A DNA stretch of 64,000 nt from an archaeon (GCA_020057295.1 JAGVGF010000004.1:1-64000); one strand, 5' to 3'; shown: positions 19,132 through 29,299, counted from the stretch's first letter. Numbers and translations: made by a program. Notes: a model not told the origin generated them from the letters alone.

Positions 19132-19944
19132 ATGCCTAAAAAAGAATCCAAGACAATTAAATTCTTCCGCGTAATAATATGGCCGTTTAAAATATTATTT
19201 ATAATAATATCGTGGATTTTTAAAGTTATAATCATGAGTATAGGATGGATTATTGGATTAATATTTAAAGAACGACCAATGAAAGAGAATAGTATGCATG
19301 AATCATACGTTTCATTTAAAATTATTAAAATTGTTAGTGGAAGTTTTCAGAAATTTGAAGATAATTTATTGAAGAAAGATAGTACTATAGGAATAATCCT
19401 TGGAGCTAGAGGCTCTGGTAAGAGTGCATTTGGATTAAAACTTTTGGAAAACTTACATTCAATTTCCAAACGTAAAATATTTACGATGGGTTTTAAGACG
19501 CATGATTTGCCATCATGGATACATAATGTCACAGAATTAGAAGATATAGAAAATGGTTCTTATGTATTAATTGATGAGGGAGGTATATTATTTAATGCCA
19601 GACAAGGTTTTAGCAATGCTAATCAATTATTAAGTAAACTATTGCTTATAGCAAGACATAAGGATTTAAGCATAATGTTTATCACACAGAATTCTTCTAA
19701 TCTAGAAATTAATGCGATAAGACAAGCAGATTATCTTATATTAAAACCTTCATCATTATTACAATTAGATTTTGAACGTAAAAAGATAAAAGAGATATAT
19801 ACAGAAGTAATTGATGATTTTAAAAAATATAAGAATACAAAAGGATTAACATATATTTATTCTGACTCATTCAAAGGATTTGTAAGCAATCCATTACCAT
19901 CTTTCTGGACGAATAAGATAAGTAAGAGTTTCAGCGAAAAATGA
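19132..19944 (+). CDS. Membrane-anchored P-loop ATPase, Zot/FtsK-HerA-like
   Basis: Hydrophobic N-terminus, GARGSGKS, LIDEGG, IARHKDLSIMFITQ, AIRQADY. Confidence 0.7.
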   Translation: MPKKESKTIKFFRVIIWPFKILFIIISWIFKVIIMSIGWIIGLIFKERPMKENSMHESYVSFKIIKIVSGSFQKFEDNLLKKDSTIGIILGARGSGKSAFGLKLLENLHSISKRKIFTMGFKTHDLPSWIHNVTELEDIENGSYVLIDEGGILFNARQGFSNANQLLSKLLLIARHKDLSIMFITQNSSNLEINAIRQADYLILKPSSLLQLDFERKKIKEIYTEVIDDFKKYKNTKGLTYIYSDSFKGFVSNPLPSFWTNKISKSFSEK

Positions 19945-19977
19945 ATAGGATATTTTTCCATAAAGGTTAGAATATGT

Positions 19978-21228
19978 TTATTTCTCTCTAACATTGGCGA
20001 ATATTATCCATGCTATTACAAAGAATGGTATCAGCACGAGCATTGCTGTCCTTTGGCTAGCTGCAAATACTGAGATTGTTCCAAAGAGGATTGGTCCTGT
20101 TGTTGCGGCAATCTTGCTTGCAAATCCGTTGAATCCGAAGAACTGTGATCTCTTATTGTATGGAATGATTCTGCTGAGCCATGATCTTGCAACCGCCTGG
20201 CTTGAGCCTACAGCCAATCCTGCTATGACCGCTACTATATATAATTCTGTCATCGTTGTAGCAAAATAGAGTATTATTACTGTGATAATCCATAAAATTA
20301 TCGCTCCTAGAACTATCTTCTTAGGACCTGTCTTGTCGCTTAATATCCCGAGTAATATTGTTGCAAGACATCCTATAATTTGTACTATAATTATTATTAT
20401 CAAGATATCAGACATAGCAATATTCATAGTATTTTTTGCATATAGCGGGAGAAACGCAAATATAGTCACAAGCGCATCATTCAGGAAATAGAATGCAATC
20501 AAGAACCAGAACACATTTTTATGATTCTTTATCTCTCTAAATGTTTTCCATATGTTGTTAAATCCTGCCCTGATATTACTGATATTGTCCTTTACTTTTT
20601 TCTTTATTGTCTTAGCCTCTTTTATGTATAGAAATGATGGTAGAGCAAATATTAAGAAGAATAATGCTGTTAGGGGAAATGTTAGTTTATACAATAACTC
20701 GTTACTGCCTTCGAAACCTGAAGCGTATAATGGTCTGAGCAGAAGCATTGCAGCTATCCCTCCCAGATATCCAAGACCCCATCCAAGTCCTGAAATGAAT
20801 CCCGCATTCTTTTTTGTAGATATCTGCGGTAAAAAACTATCATAAAGGCTTTGCGCTAGCTCAAGAAATAAATTGGCGATAATGAATATAATACATGCCA
20901 GCATTAATCTTCCCTCTCCCGTAAAATATAATGCTGCAGTTCCGATTACTGCTAGTAATGTGAATATTATAAATTTACTTTTTCTTTTCTGGTCATGATC
21001 TGCTATCGCTCCGATTATTGGTGCAGATATGCCTCCGATAAGAATAGATAAACTCACTATCAGGCCCCAATAAAAATCGCCCATGCTGTTGCCAGCAATA
21101 ACATCTTTAAAATATATTGGAAAGACAAAACTTAGAATTAGAACAGTATATGCAGAATTAGCGAAGTCATATAATGCCCATGATACAACTTGTTTCTTAT
21201 CAACACCTTTAAGATACTTATCGCGCAT
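19978..21228 (-). CDS. MFS transporter, UMF1/Atg22-like
   Basis: SWALYDFANSAY, ISGLGWGLGYLGG, about 12 TM segments. Confidence 0.88.
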   Translation of the reverse strand: MRDKYLKGVDKKQVVSWALYDFANSAYTVLILSFVFPIYFKDVIAGNSMGDFYWGLIVSLSILIGGISAPIIGAIADHDQKRKSKFIIFTLLAVIGTAALYFTGEGRLMLACIIFIIANLFLELAQSLYDSFLPQISTKKNAGFISGLGWGLGYLGGIAAMLLLRPLYASGFEGSNELLYKLTFPLTALFFLIFALPSFLYIKEAKTIKKKVKDNISNIRAGFNNIWKTFREIKNHKNVFWFLIAFYFLNDALVTIFAFLPLYAKNTMNIAMSDILIIIIIVQIIGCLATILLGILSDKTGPKKIVLGAIILWIITVIILYFATTMTELYIVAVIAGLAVGSSQAVARSWLSRIIPYNKRSQFFGFNGFASKIAATTGPILFGTISVFAASQRTAMLVLIPFFVIAWIIFANVREK

Positions 21229-21263
21229 GATTTCTTATGTGCAGGAGGATATATAAAGTTTCT

Positions 21264-22607
21264 CTAGAATTTGACGCCACCTTGCATTTGTTTCATCATC
21301 TTTTCCATGTTTTTGTCATTGCCTTTGAACATTTTCATAAGCTTCTTAGATTGTTTATATTGCTTCACAAGTTCACGAACTTCTCCACTTCCAAGACCTG
21401 AACCTTTTGAAATACGTTCAGCACGACTAGCATCTATAATTTCTGGATCTTCTAATTCTTCACGAGTCATTGATTGCATTGCATACTTCCACTTGTCGAG
21501 TTTAATTTCTTGATTTTCAAGCATATCCTTCGGAATTTTTAATCCGCCCATTCCAGGCATTAGTTCCATAACTTTAGTTAATGGTCCCATTTTCTTCATT
21601 GCTTGCATTTGTTCATACAAATCTATAAGATTAAATTCGCCCTTTAAGAATTTTTTACCCAGATCTTTAGCATCCTCTTCTGATATTGCATCACCAACTT
21701 TTTCAAGTAATGCCTCTAAATCTCCCATTCCTAAAATTCTACCAACAAATCCTTCAGGTTTAAATTCTTCAAGTGCATCAATTTTTTCTCCTATACCAAT
21801 AAATTTGACTGGAGCGCCAGTTACAGCACATGCTGTTAACGCTCCTCCACCTTTTGCTGTACCATCAAGTTTAGTAATTATAACTCCAGTAATTGCGCAA
21901 GTGTCGTGGAAGGTTTTAGCTTGTTTCTCAGCAGCTTGACCAATATCTGCACTAATTACAAGTAAATTCTCATCTGCCTTAACGATACTTTTAATCTGAT
22001 TTAATTCTTCGATTAACTCATCATTTAATGCATCACGTCCAGCAGTATCTATAAGTACTATATCATACTTTTTCAAATCTTCTTGATAAGTCTTAAATAT
22101 TTTTACAGGATCTTTTTCTCCTTTAATACCGTAAAAGTCTACACCAACTTTTTGTGATAATTGTTGTAATTGTTCATATGCTGCAGGTCTCCATGTGTCA
22201 GTACTAATAAGACCTACCTTGTATCCTCTTTTCTGATAGTACTTAGCAAGTTTTCCAGCATGAGTAGTTTTACCAGAACCAAAAAGTCCAACAAGCATGA
22301 TATAGAATGGTTTTTTATTGATATTAATCTTCGCGCCCTCGCCACCTAAAAATCTAACTAGTTCATCGTAAACAACTTTTACTAAATATTCTTTTTTAGA
22401 AAGATTTTTTGGAATATCTTCCTTCAAGGCTTTTTCCTTAATACTCTTTGTTAATTCGAAAACCAATCTAACATTAACATCTGACTGTAACAATGCTTTT
22501 TGTATATCTTTAATTAGTTCATTGATGAGTTTTTCATCTACAAAAAGTGCATTCTTGATTTTATCAAGAGTTCCTCTTAGTCCTTCACCAAGTTTGTCTA
22601 AGACCAT
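21264..22607 (-). CDS. srp54: Signal recognition particle protein SRP54
   Basis: GLFGSGKTT, DTWRPAAYEQL, DTAGR, TKLDGTAKGGGAL, Met-rich M domain. Confidence 0.97.
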   Translation of the reverse strand: MVLDKLGEGLRGTLDKIKNALFVDEKLINELIKDIQKALLQSDVNVRLVFELTKSIKEKALKEDIPKNLSKKEYLVKVVYDELVRFLGGEGAKININKKPFYIMLVGLFGSGKTTHAGKLAKYYQKRGYKVGLISTDTWRPAAYEQLQQLSQKVGVDFYGIKGEKDPVKIFKTYQEDLKKYDIVLIDTAGRDALNDELIEELNQIKSIVKADENLLVISADIGQAAEKQAKTFHDTCAITGVIITKLDGTAKGGGALTACAVTGAPVKFIGIGEKIDALEEFKPEGFVGRILGMGDLEALLEKVGDAISEEDAKDLGKKFLKGEFNLIDLYEQMQAMKKMGPLTKVMELMPGMGGLKIPKDMLENQEIKLDKWKYAMQSMTREELEDPEIIDASRAERISKGSGLGSGEVRELVKQYKQSKKLMKMFKGNDKNMEKMMKQMQGGVKF

Positions 22608-22691
22608 ACATTTAGAGAACAAATAAGGATTTATAAAGGTTTATCTGTGTGAAATCGAAAACTATTAAAAAGTGATTCTGTAGATAGATAT

Positions 22692-23426
22692 ATGGAAGAT
22701 AAACGATTTAGAGGAATTGCTAGTAAAGATTATGATATTTCAACTATAGGAATTCCACATCGCATGGAACTTCAGCAAAAAATTACTGATGTCATTAAGA
22801 AATCTTTCAAAAATTCTAAAATACACGTTATATCTGTGGTAGAAATTGGTTGTGGTACTGGACAAACTACTACTGCTATTTTAGAATCCGATAAGAGAGT
22901 ACATGTATCTGCAGTTGATAATGAGCCTTCTATGATAAAACAGGCGAAAATATTTCTCAAAGAATTTATTGATACTGAACGCGTTAAGTTAATTGAGAAA
23001 GATGCTTTAAATTTCCTAAAAAAACAACACTCAAACTCATTTGATGTATTTGCTTCAGCGTTTACATTGCATAATTTTCGTAGGAATTTTAGAAATAAAA
23101 TTCTGAAAGAAATATTTCGTGTTCTAAAAAAGGACGGAATTTTTGTTAATGCTGATAAGTATGCACTTGATGATATTTTAGCACACAAGAAAACATTAAA
23201 TTGGCAATTGAATCGATTTAAAACAGAGTATTCAAAAATTAATCGTCAAGATTTAGTTGAAGAATGGACTAATCATTATTTGGAAGATGATAAGCCAGAC
23301 ATTATAATGAAAGAATTAGAATCATTCAAAATAATGAAGGAACTAGGATTTAAAGATTCTGGAATAATATTTAGAAAACAGATGGATGCCGTTCTTGTTG
23401 CAAAAAAATATATTAAAAAGAAATAA
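22692..23426 (+). CDS. Class I SAM-dependent methyltransferase
   Basis: VVEIGCGTG, FTLHN, LKKDG. Confidence 0.85.
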   Translation: MEDKRFRGIASKDYDISTIGIPHRMELQQKITDVIKKSFKNSKIHVISVVEIGCGTGQTTTAILESDKRVHVSAVDNEPSMIKQAKIFLKEFIDTERVKLIEKDALNFLKKQHSNSFDVFASAFTLHNFRRNFRNKILKEIFRVLKKDGIFVNADKYALDDILAHKKTLNWQLNRFKTEYSKINRQDLVEEWTNHYLEDDKPDIIMKELESFKIMKELGFKDSGIIFRKQMDAVLVAKKYIKKK

Positions 23427-23439
23427 AAAATAGAAGAAT

Positions 23440-24687
23440 TTATCTTCTTCCGCCGCCTCTGAATCCGCCACCGCCACGCTGTGGTGCTCGACCTTGACCT
23501 CCACTACGTCCACGTCCAAATTGTCTCATTGGTGGTCTTCCGCCTTGCGATCCTGATCTACTTTGACCTCTAGTAAATGGTACAGGCTGGAATGCTGGTA
23601 TATTTTCACGTACAATATTTAGTGTTCTATCACGTTGTATCTTGCCGAATTTATCATAATCTGCATGTGTTAGTAATGTTATTGCAACTCCAGTTTCTCC
23701 TGCTCTTGCTGTTCTTCCAATTCTATGAATATATTCATCAGGAGTTCTTGGCAAGTCATAATTGAATATGTGTGTAATATTTCTAATATCAAGACCTCTT
23801 GCTGCAACATCAGTTGCGACTAGTGCTGTGATATGTTCTTTTCTTAACATTTCAACAACTTGTAATCTTTTACCTTGTGTTAATCCACCGTGAATAGCCA
23901 TAGCTTTAATGCCATTTCTATCAAGATTATCTGTTACTAAGTCAACTTCATGTCTTGTTGCACAAAATATTATAGATATTCCTTTATGTAATTTTAAAAA
24001 ATGTACAAGTAATGGGAATTTCTCATTTTGTTGAATGCTATAATATACTTGTTTTAATAGCGATCTATCAACCTGCATCTGTCCTCTGATATGTGTTGGA
24101 TTATTGAAGAATTGTGAAATTATCTTCTTAATATCAGTCGGCATTGTTGCACTAAACATTAATGATTGCTTAGTTTTTGGTGTACTCTTTAATATTAGTC
24201 TTATATCATCTATAAATCCCATCTCAAGCATTTTATCTGCTTCATCTAAGACAAAATATTTTATATGACTTATGTCAAGAGATCTTCTATCTAAGTGATC
24301 CATTGTTCTTCCTGGTGTTCCTACAACGATGTCTGCTCTACGTAAGTCATCTATTTGTGGTCCTATTCCTACACCACCATAGACACATGCGTATCTAATT
24401 GGTAGATATTTTGAAATAAGTTTTAATGTATCGTGTACTTGTACACATAACTCTCTTGTTGGCGTTAAAATTATTGCTTGTACGCCTCTGCCTGGTACAA
24501 TATTTTGTAACATTGGCAATCCGAACGCTGCAGTCTTTCCAGAACCAGTCTGTGACTGTCCAACAATATCTTTACCAGTCATTATTTCTGGAATACATTT
24601 TGCTTGGATTTCTGTAGCTTCTACAAATCCTAATTGAGTTATAGCTTTTAATAACTCAGGTTTTAAATTTAGTTCTTCGAACTTCAT
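23440..24687 (-). CDS. DEAD-box RNA helicase (CshA/DeaD-like) with an RGG tail
   Basis: Q motif, TGSGKT, PTREL, DEAD, SAT, ARGLD, HRIGRTAR. Start MKFEEL at 24687 after GGAG. Confidence 0.95.
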   Translation of the reverse strand: MKFEELNLKPELLKAITQLGFVEATEIQAKCIPEIMTGKDIVGQSQTGSGKTAAFGLPMLQNIVPGRGVQAIILTPTRELCVQVHDTLKLISKYLPIRYACVYGGVGIGPQIDDLRRADIVVGTPGRTMDHLDRRSLDISHIKYFVLDEADKMLEMGFIDDIRLILKSTPKTKQSLMFSATMPTDIKKIISQFFNNPTHIRGQMQVDRSLLKQVYYSIQQNEKFPLLVHFLKLHKGISIIFCATRHEVDLVTDNLDRNGIKAMAIHGGLTQGKRLQVVEMLRKEHITALVATDVAARGLDIRNITHIFNYDLPRTPDEYIHRIGRTARAGETGVAITLLTHADYDKFGKIQRDRTLNIVRENIPAFQPVPFTRGQSRSGSQGGRPPMRQFGRGRSGGQGRAPQRGGGGFRGGGRR

Positions 24688-24700
24688 CTTATTTTCTCCG

Positions 24701-24830
24701 TAAGAATCCTTAATTAACAATCAAATATTATACAGTCAAAAGTGATGACGTAATGTCATACATATCGACAGTTCAGTGATTGCCGAACCGTCTCAATCAA
24801 TTAGAATGAGTTGGCTCTTCAAAATTCTTT
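24701..24830 (-). promoter_or_regulatory. Structured 5' leader of the DEAD-box helicase gene
   Basis: TATA-like sequence at ~24855-24865. A 10-bp hairpin (24767-24792), a 5-bp hairpin (24745-24759) and a long-range helix AAGAAUUUU/AGGAUUCUU ending just before the SD. Confidence 0.5.
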
Positions 24831-24922
24831 ACTAATATAAGGAGTGAAGGGCCCTTTATAAAGTATATTATTTCAAAAATCTTTATAAAGACTTGACGTA
24901 TCCATTTAGTATAATTAATATT

Positions 24923-24994
24923 GCGTCTGTGGTCCAGCGGTTAAGACTCCGGCCTTCCAAGCCGGGTACCCGGGTTCAAATCCCGGCGGACGCA
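24923..24994 (+). tRNA. tRNA-Gly(TCC)
   Basis: Acceptor GCGTCTG/CGGACGC, anticodon arm CCGGC-CTTCCAA-GCCGG, T-loop GGTTCAAATCC. Confidence 0.96.
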
Positions 24995-25070
24995 TATTTT
25001 TATAAATATTCTTTGGCGCTGCTTTAGCAGCCTTTTTAGTGCAGGTTTTGCTTGCAAAAAGTGCAGTGGG

Positions 25071-25089
25071 ATCCCGGCGGACGCATATT
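25071..25089 (+). repeat. 19-bp direct repeat of the tRNA-Gly 3' end (att-like)
   Basis: ATCCCGGCGGACGCATATT occurs at both 24980-24998 and 25071-25089. Confidence 0.9.
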
Positions 25090-25169
25090 CTTATACATTT
25101 CTTAACTTTACAATTCTCTATTTATGCTTGACGCATACATTTTTAAATTAATAATACTTCTACTTTGTA

Positions 25170-26222
25170 ATGGCTAAAAATCTCAATAGAGGTTCAGAAA
25201 CTCTTGAACGTAACGTTAATTCTGAACATATTAGACTTGAACGTGATAAGTTACTATTTTTTACATTAAGAAACATTTCAAGACTTGCAATTAAAACCAC
25301 CTCTTTTAAGCACTATGATATTCCAGAAGTAACACAAGAAATAATGGATTATCAAAAATTTTATGGCGACATAAGTATATTATATGTAGGTTTACATAAA
25401 AGTTTATGGGAAACCATAGGTGTACCTTATGCCATAAACAAGTTTGGCGGTGAGATACCTTTTGTGATGATGGGTAGCAACTTAGTTAAGAAGAGTACAG
25501 GAATACTAGAGCACATACTTAGAAGCTCTCTTGAACGTAGTGGTGTAGTTATTGTAGATAGAGATGATTGTCCAAGACTTTCTTCGGCACAATTAGCTTC
25601 AGATATAGAATATTTATTATCAAATAATATTCCTACAATGTTATTTCCAGAAGGTACAAGATCAAAAAGTGGGATACCAGGAGATTTTAAATCAGCAGGA
25701 TTTCAAGGTGTAATAGATGCTGCTAAACATGGACCTACAGCAATTATACCTTTTAATGTGGATTACTCATCAGTTAATGAGGCAAAAGAATATCTAAAAA
25801 TGAGTACGACACCTTACAGTTTCAAATTTAAAGAATTACCAAAATGGTTTAAAAATTTTGGAGATATATACATATCATTCGGATTACCAATAGTTGTGGA
25901 CTCATTTAATGATCGTAAAAGTTTAGCTATACAAACTAGGAATGCATGCTTAGACTTAGTAAAAATTCAGCCAGTTAATATATTATCAGAAGCAATGTTA
26001 CGTCTTAATCCTGTAGCAGGAAGTAGTGTAGATATGAGACAATTATACGGCATAATAAATTCTGTACTTATAGAATTATTACCTCATAAAGAAAAATTTC
26101 AAGGGATTATGAGTGGTACTCCAGAAGAGATAATTACTAATTCTAATTTACTCATAAGTTCTGGAATGGATAAAATGTATAATATTTATGCCGGATATAT
26201 AAGACATTACATCAAAAGATAA
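25170..26222 (+). CDS. PlsC/GPAT-superfamily acyltransferase
   Basis: HKSLWE (HxxxxD with D to E), IVDRD, LFPEGTRSKSG, FKSAG, IIPFNVDY. Confidence 0.8.
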   Translation: MAKNLNRGSETLERNVNSEHIRLERDKLLFFTLRNISRLAIKTTSFKHYDIPEVTQEIMDYQKFYGDISILYVGLHKSLWETIGVPYAINKFGGEIPFVMMGSNLVKKSTGILEHILRSSLERSGVVIVDRDDCPRLSSAQLASDIEYLLSNNIPTMLFPEGTRSKSGIPGDFKSAGFQGVIDAAKHGPTAIIPFNVDYSSVNEAKEYLKMSTTPYSFKFKELPKWFKNFGDIYISFGLPIVVDSFNDRKSLAIQTRNACLDLVKIQPVNILSEAMLRLNPVAGSSVDMRQLYGIINSVLIELLPHKEKFQGIMSGTPEEIITNSNLLISSGMDKMYNIYAGYIRHYIKR

Positions 26223-26253
26223 CTTTAAAAACTAGTATAATACTATTTCTGTA

Positions 26254-26943
26254 ATGGTCAAGAAATTCAAAAAAATAATATTAGACAATAATGGTCATGA
26301 TCCGAATAGTGTACTAATTATATGTGCGCATTCTGACGATCAAACATTTGGTCCAGGAGGCACTGTCGCAAAGTATGCTAAAGAGGGAAAAAAAGTACAT
26401 ACGATAATATTCTCATACGGTGAGATGTCATTACCATTACAACAGAAAGAGTATACAATAAAAGCTAGGGTTAAAGAATCTCTAGATGTAGATAAATATC
26501 TTGGTGGCGATGGTGTAGTGTTCCTAGGATTAGAAGAAACAAAATTTACAGATCAATTTAAAAACAAAAAAATGTATCCTAAACTTAAAAGATTAATACT
26601 GCAATATAATCCTAGTATAATATTTACACACTCAAATGATGATCCTATGCCAGACCATAGAGCATTAAATAAAGTGTTACTAGAAACATTAGATAGAATG
26701 AGATATAATTGTGACGTGTACATGTTTGATGTATGGAATGTATTCAATTTTAAGAAACGAAACTATATAAAAATTTTAGTTGACATATCAGACACTTTTG
26801 AATTTAAAGTTAAAGCCTTGAAAATGTTTAAAAGCCAGAAGATGAGCCTTTTTAGTTTAATGTGGAGTGTATATACTAAAGCATGGATTAATGGTAAAAA
26901 TATCAAGGTAAAATATGCAGAAGCATTTTACAAGATAAGATAA
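26254..26943 (+). CDS. PIG-L/LmbE family N-deacetylase
   Basis: ICAHSDD (cf. AHxDD), GGT, DPMPDH, VDISDT, FKSQ. Confidence 0.85.
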   Translation: MVKKFKKIILDNNGHDPNSVLIICAHSDDQTFGPGGTVAKYAKEGKKVHTIIFSYGEMSLPLQQKEYTIKARVKESLDVDKYLGGDGVVFLGLEETKFTDQFKNKKMYPKLKRLILQYNPSIIFTHSNDDPMPDHRALNKVLLETLDRMRYNCDVYMFDVWNVFNFKKRNYIKILVDISDTFEFKVKALKMFKSQKMSLFSLMWSVYTKAWINGKNIKVKYAEAFYKIR

Positions 26944-26981
26944 TAATTAGATAAGATTACTAAAGTGATATTTGGTGTACT

Positions 26982-28157
26982 ATGACCTTAACAACTGAAG
27001 ACCATCCAGCACTAGAACATAAGAGAAAACTTGTAATAGCTACAGATAACTTTCTTCCGCGATGGGATGGTATAGCAAGATTTTTATCAGAAATCATACC
27101 AAGACTACACACGCATTATGATATAACTGTTATCGCTCCAGACTATGGAACTTATGAAGATCCAAATATTAAACTGGTTAAAATTCCATTAATGAAGATA
27201 TTAAGAGTTGGAGATTTTAGAATACCAAAATATAAGAAAAGCCTAATTAATAGTATTATTAAAGATTCAGACTTAGTATTTGCACAAACCATAGGCACGG
27301 TAGGAAAACTATCCATAGATGCGGCTAAACATCATAAGAAACCAGTAATATCATTCATACACTCTATAGAATGGGAATTAGTACCAAGAGCTATGGGTAA
27401 CATATTATTAAAGAAATATTCTCAGATTGTAGCTAAAAATTTTGCCAGAACAACATATAATAAATGTGATTTATTAATCATGCCGTCAAATAATGTTTCA
27501 GAAATATTTCTTTGGAATAATATAAGAACAAAATCTGTAATCGTAAATTTAGGTGTTGATACAAAAAAATTTACACCACTTGATGCTGAAGCACGAAAGG
27601 ATTTACGTGAACAACTAGGATTTGATAAAGATGATATTATAATAGGGTATCATGGAAGGATTGGTAGAGAAAAAGATTTAATCACACTATTAAGAGCGTT
27701 TACGAGATTACAGATATACAACAACAATATTAAATTATTAATAGTTGGCGATGGTGTAGAATCAATAAAAAAACAATTATCTTCAAGATCAGAGGTAATA
27801 CTTACTGGTGCGAAAAATAATCCTATACCTTACTTACAAGTTATGGATATATATACATTAACATCATTAACAGAAACAACATGCTTAAGCATGCTTGAGG
27901 CAATGAGTTGCGAATTAGCAGTTGTAAGTACAGAAGTAGGATTTATTAAAAGCTATGTTAGAAATGGTTATAATGGATTGTTCTTTGAAAAACAGAACCC
28001 TTATCATTTAGCAAGAAATATACAAAAATTGATTGGTGATGCTACTTTAAGAAAAACGTTAGGATGGAATGCACGTAAAACTGTTGTGGAAAAATTCTCA
28101 TGGGATAAAACCGCACAAGGTATAGAACATGCATTAAACGGATTACTGAAAAAATAA
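26982..28157 (+). CDS. Glycosyltransferase family 4
   Basis: TDNFLPRWDG, GRIGREKD, ETTCLSMLEAMS, NGLFF. Confidence 0.9.
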   Translation: MTLTTEDHPALEHKRKLVIATDNFLPRWDGIARFLSEIIPRLHTHYDITVIAPDYGTYEDPNIKLVKIPLMKILRVGDFRIPKYKKSLINSIIKDSDLVFAQTIGTVGKLSIDAAKHHKKPVISFIHSIEWELVPRAMGNILLKKYSQIVAKNFARTTYNKCDLLIMPSNNVSEIFLWNNIRTKSVIVNLGVDTKKFTPLDAEARKDLREQLGFDKDDIIIGYHGRIGREKDLITLLRAFTRLQIYNNNIKLLIVGDGVESIKKQLSSRSEVILTGAKNNPIPYLQVMDIYTLTSLTETTCLSMLEAMSCELAVVSTEVGFIKSYVRNGYNGLFFEKQNPYHLARNIQKLIGDATLRKTLGWNARKTVVEKFSWDKTAQGIEHALNGLLKK

Positions 28158-28183
28158 TTTTTTATATAATTTATTTTAACATT

Positions 28184-29299
28184 TTATTTCACATGATTTC
28201 TTGAATCGTATAATTTTTTATATACTTCATGTCCGTACTTCGAAAAACCTTCAAAATATCCTGTAAACCATTGATTAAGAGATATGCCTGCCCTTTCGGA
28301 ATCCATTATATCATTCCAGTTTTCTATTCCACCAGTTCTTATAACATGAAATTCTTGAGAAGGACCTCCAGCTTTTATGTACTCTACAGCTCTAGCTGCA
28401 AGTTCTAACGATTTTTCTTTAAGAGGCCTTCCACTGATCCCTCCATTAAATGTTCGAGTAAAATAATCAAATAATTTTCTTTCATCAGGATGAATCTTAT
28501 CTCTTATTAATTGATATTGTATTGAAGTGTTTCCTATATTTATTCCATGAAATCCTTTACTAAACATCAAGTCTAGAAGATATGGAAGTTCTTCGACTGT
28601 CTTATCATTTGATATTTTTATTATTATCGGAATGTTGCTTCTTCTTTTTTTAAGATAATTTCTTTCAACATACGACATCTGATCCTCTAAACTCTCACAC
28701 TTTCCATGGCTAACATTTGGACAACTAATGTTCCATTCAATAAAATCTACGCCAGCATTTTCATAGCATACTATACCGCGAACTATTCCTTCATATTGCG
28801 CTTCCCCTTCAAGATCTGGAGATGCCATAACACTCCAACCAATTGGAGTTCCTGAAATTCTTTCAATTCTTAATATTTTTCTAGAGTTTACTTCATCACC
28901 TTTATTTGGAAGACCCATAAAATTCGATGATGAGCCTGATTTAGGATAAGGTACAAATGGTAAATGTATTCCGTTTTTAACATTACCTTGACGAGCATTC
29001 CATGTTCCCGTCCCTCCAAGATATGCTCCAGCACCTTGTTTAGACATCATTTCATAACAATCGCCTTCCTTAAACATTCCCGCGGCATTCATTATAGGAG
29101 ATCTAAAAGTTATACCCCATAAAGTTCTCGTTAAATCATCTGGAGGAACAACTATTTCTGAAGGAATATCTTTTTTAAGTTGTGATAAGAAATATTTTCT
29201 GCCTGAAGAATACATTTTTACAGTAAAATTTGGAGGTGCATATCTTGTTATACTGTCACGAAATTCACCATCGATTTTCGCAAGTGTTGTAGCCTTCAT
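28184..29299 (-). CDS. pyrD: Dihydroorotate dehydrogenase-like FMN enzyme
   Basis: PIMNAAG, NFMGLPN, WNISCPN, IKIS, GNT, GGISG, TGG. Overlaps the pyrC stop. Confidence 0.8.
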   Translation of the reverse strand: MKATTLAKIDGEFRDSITRYAPPNFTVKMYSSGRKYFLSQLKKDIPSEIVVPPDDLTRTLWGITFRSPIMNAAGMFKEGDCYEMMSKQGAGAYLGGTGTWNARQGNVKNGIHLPFVPYPKSGSSSNFMGLPNKGDEVNSRKILRIERISGTPIGWSVMASPDLEGEAQYEGIVRGIVCYENAGVDFIEWNISCPNVSHGKCESLEDQMSYVERNYLKKRRSNIPIIIKISNDKTVEELPYLLDLMFSKGFHGINIGNTSIQYQLIRDKIHPDERKLFDYFTRTFNGGISGRPLKEKSLELAARAVEYIKAGGPSQEFHVIRTGGIENWNDIMDSERAGISLNQWFTGYFEGFSKYGHEVYKKLYDSRNHVK

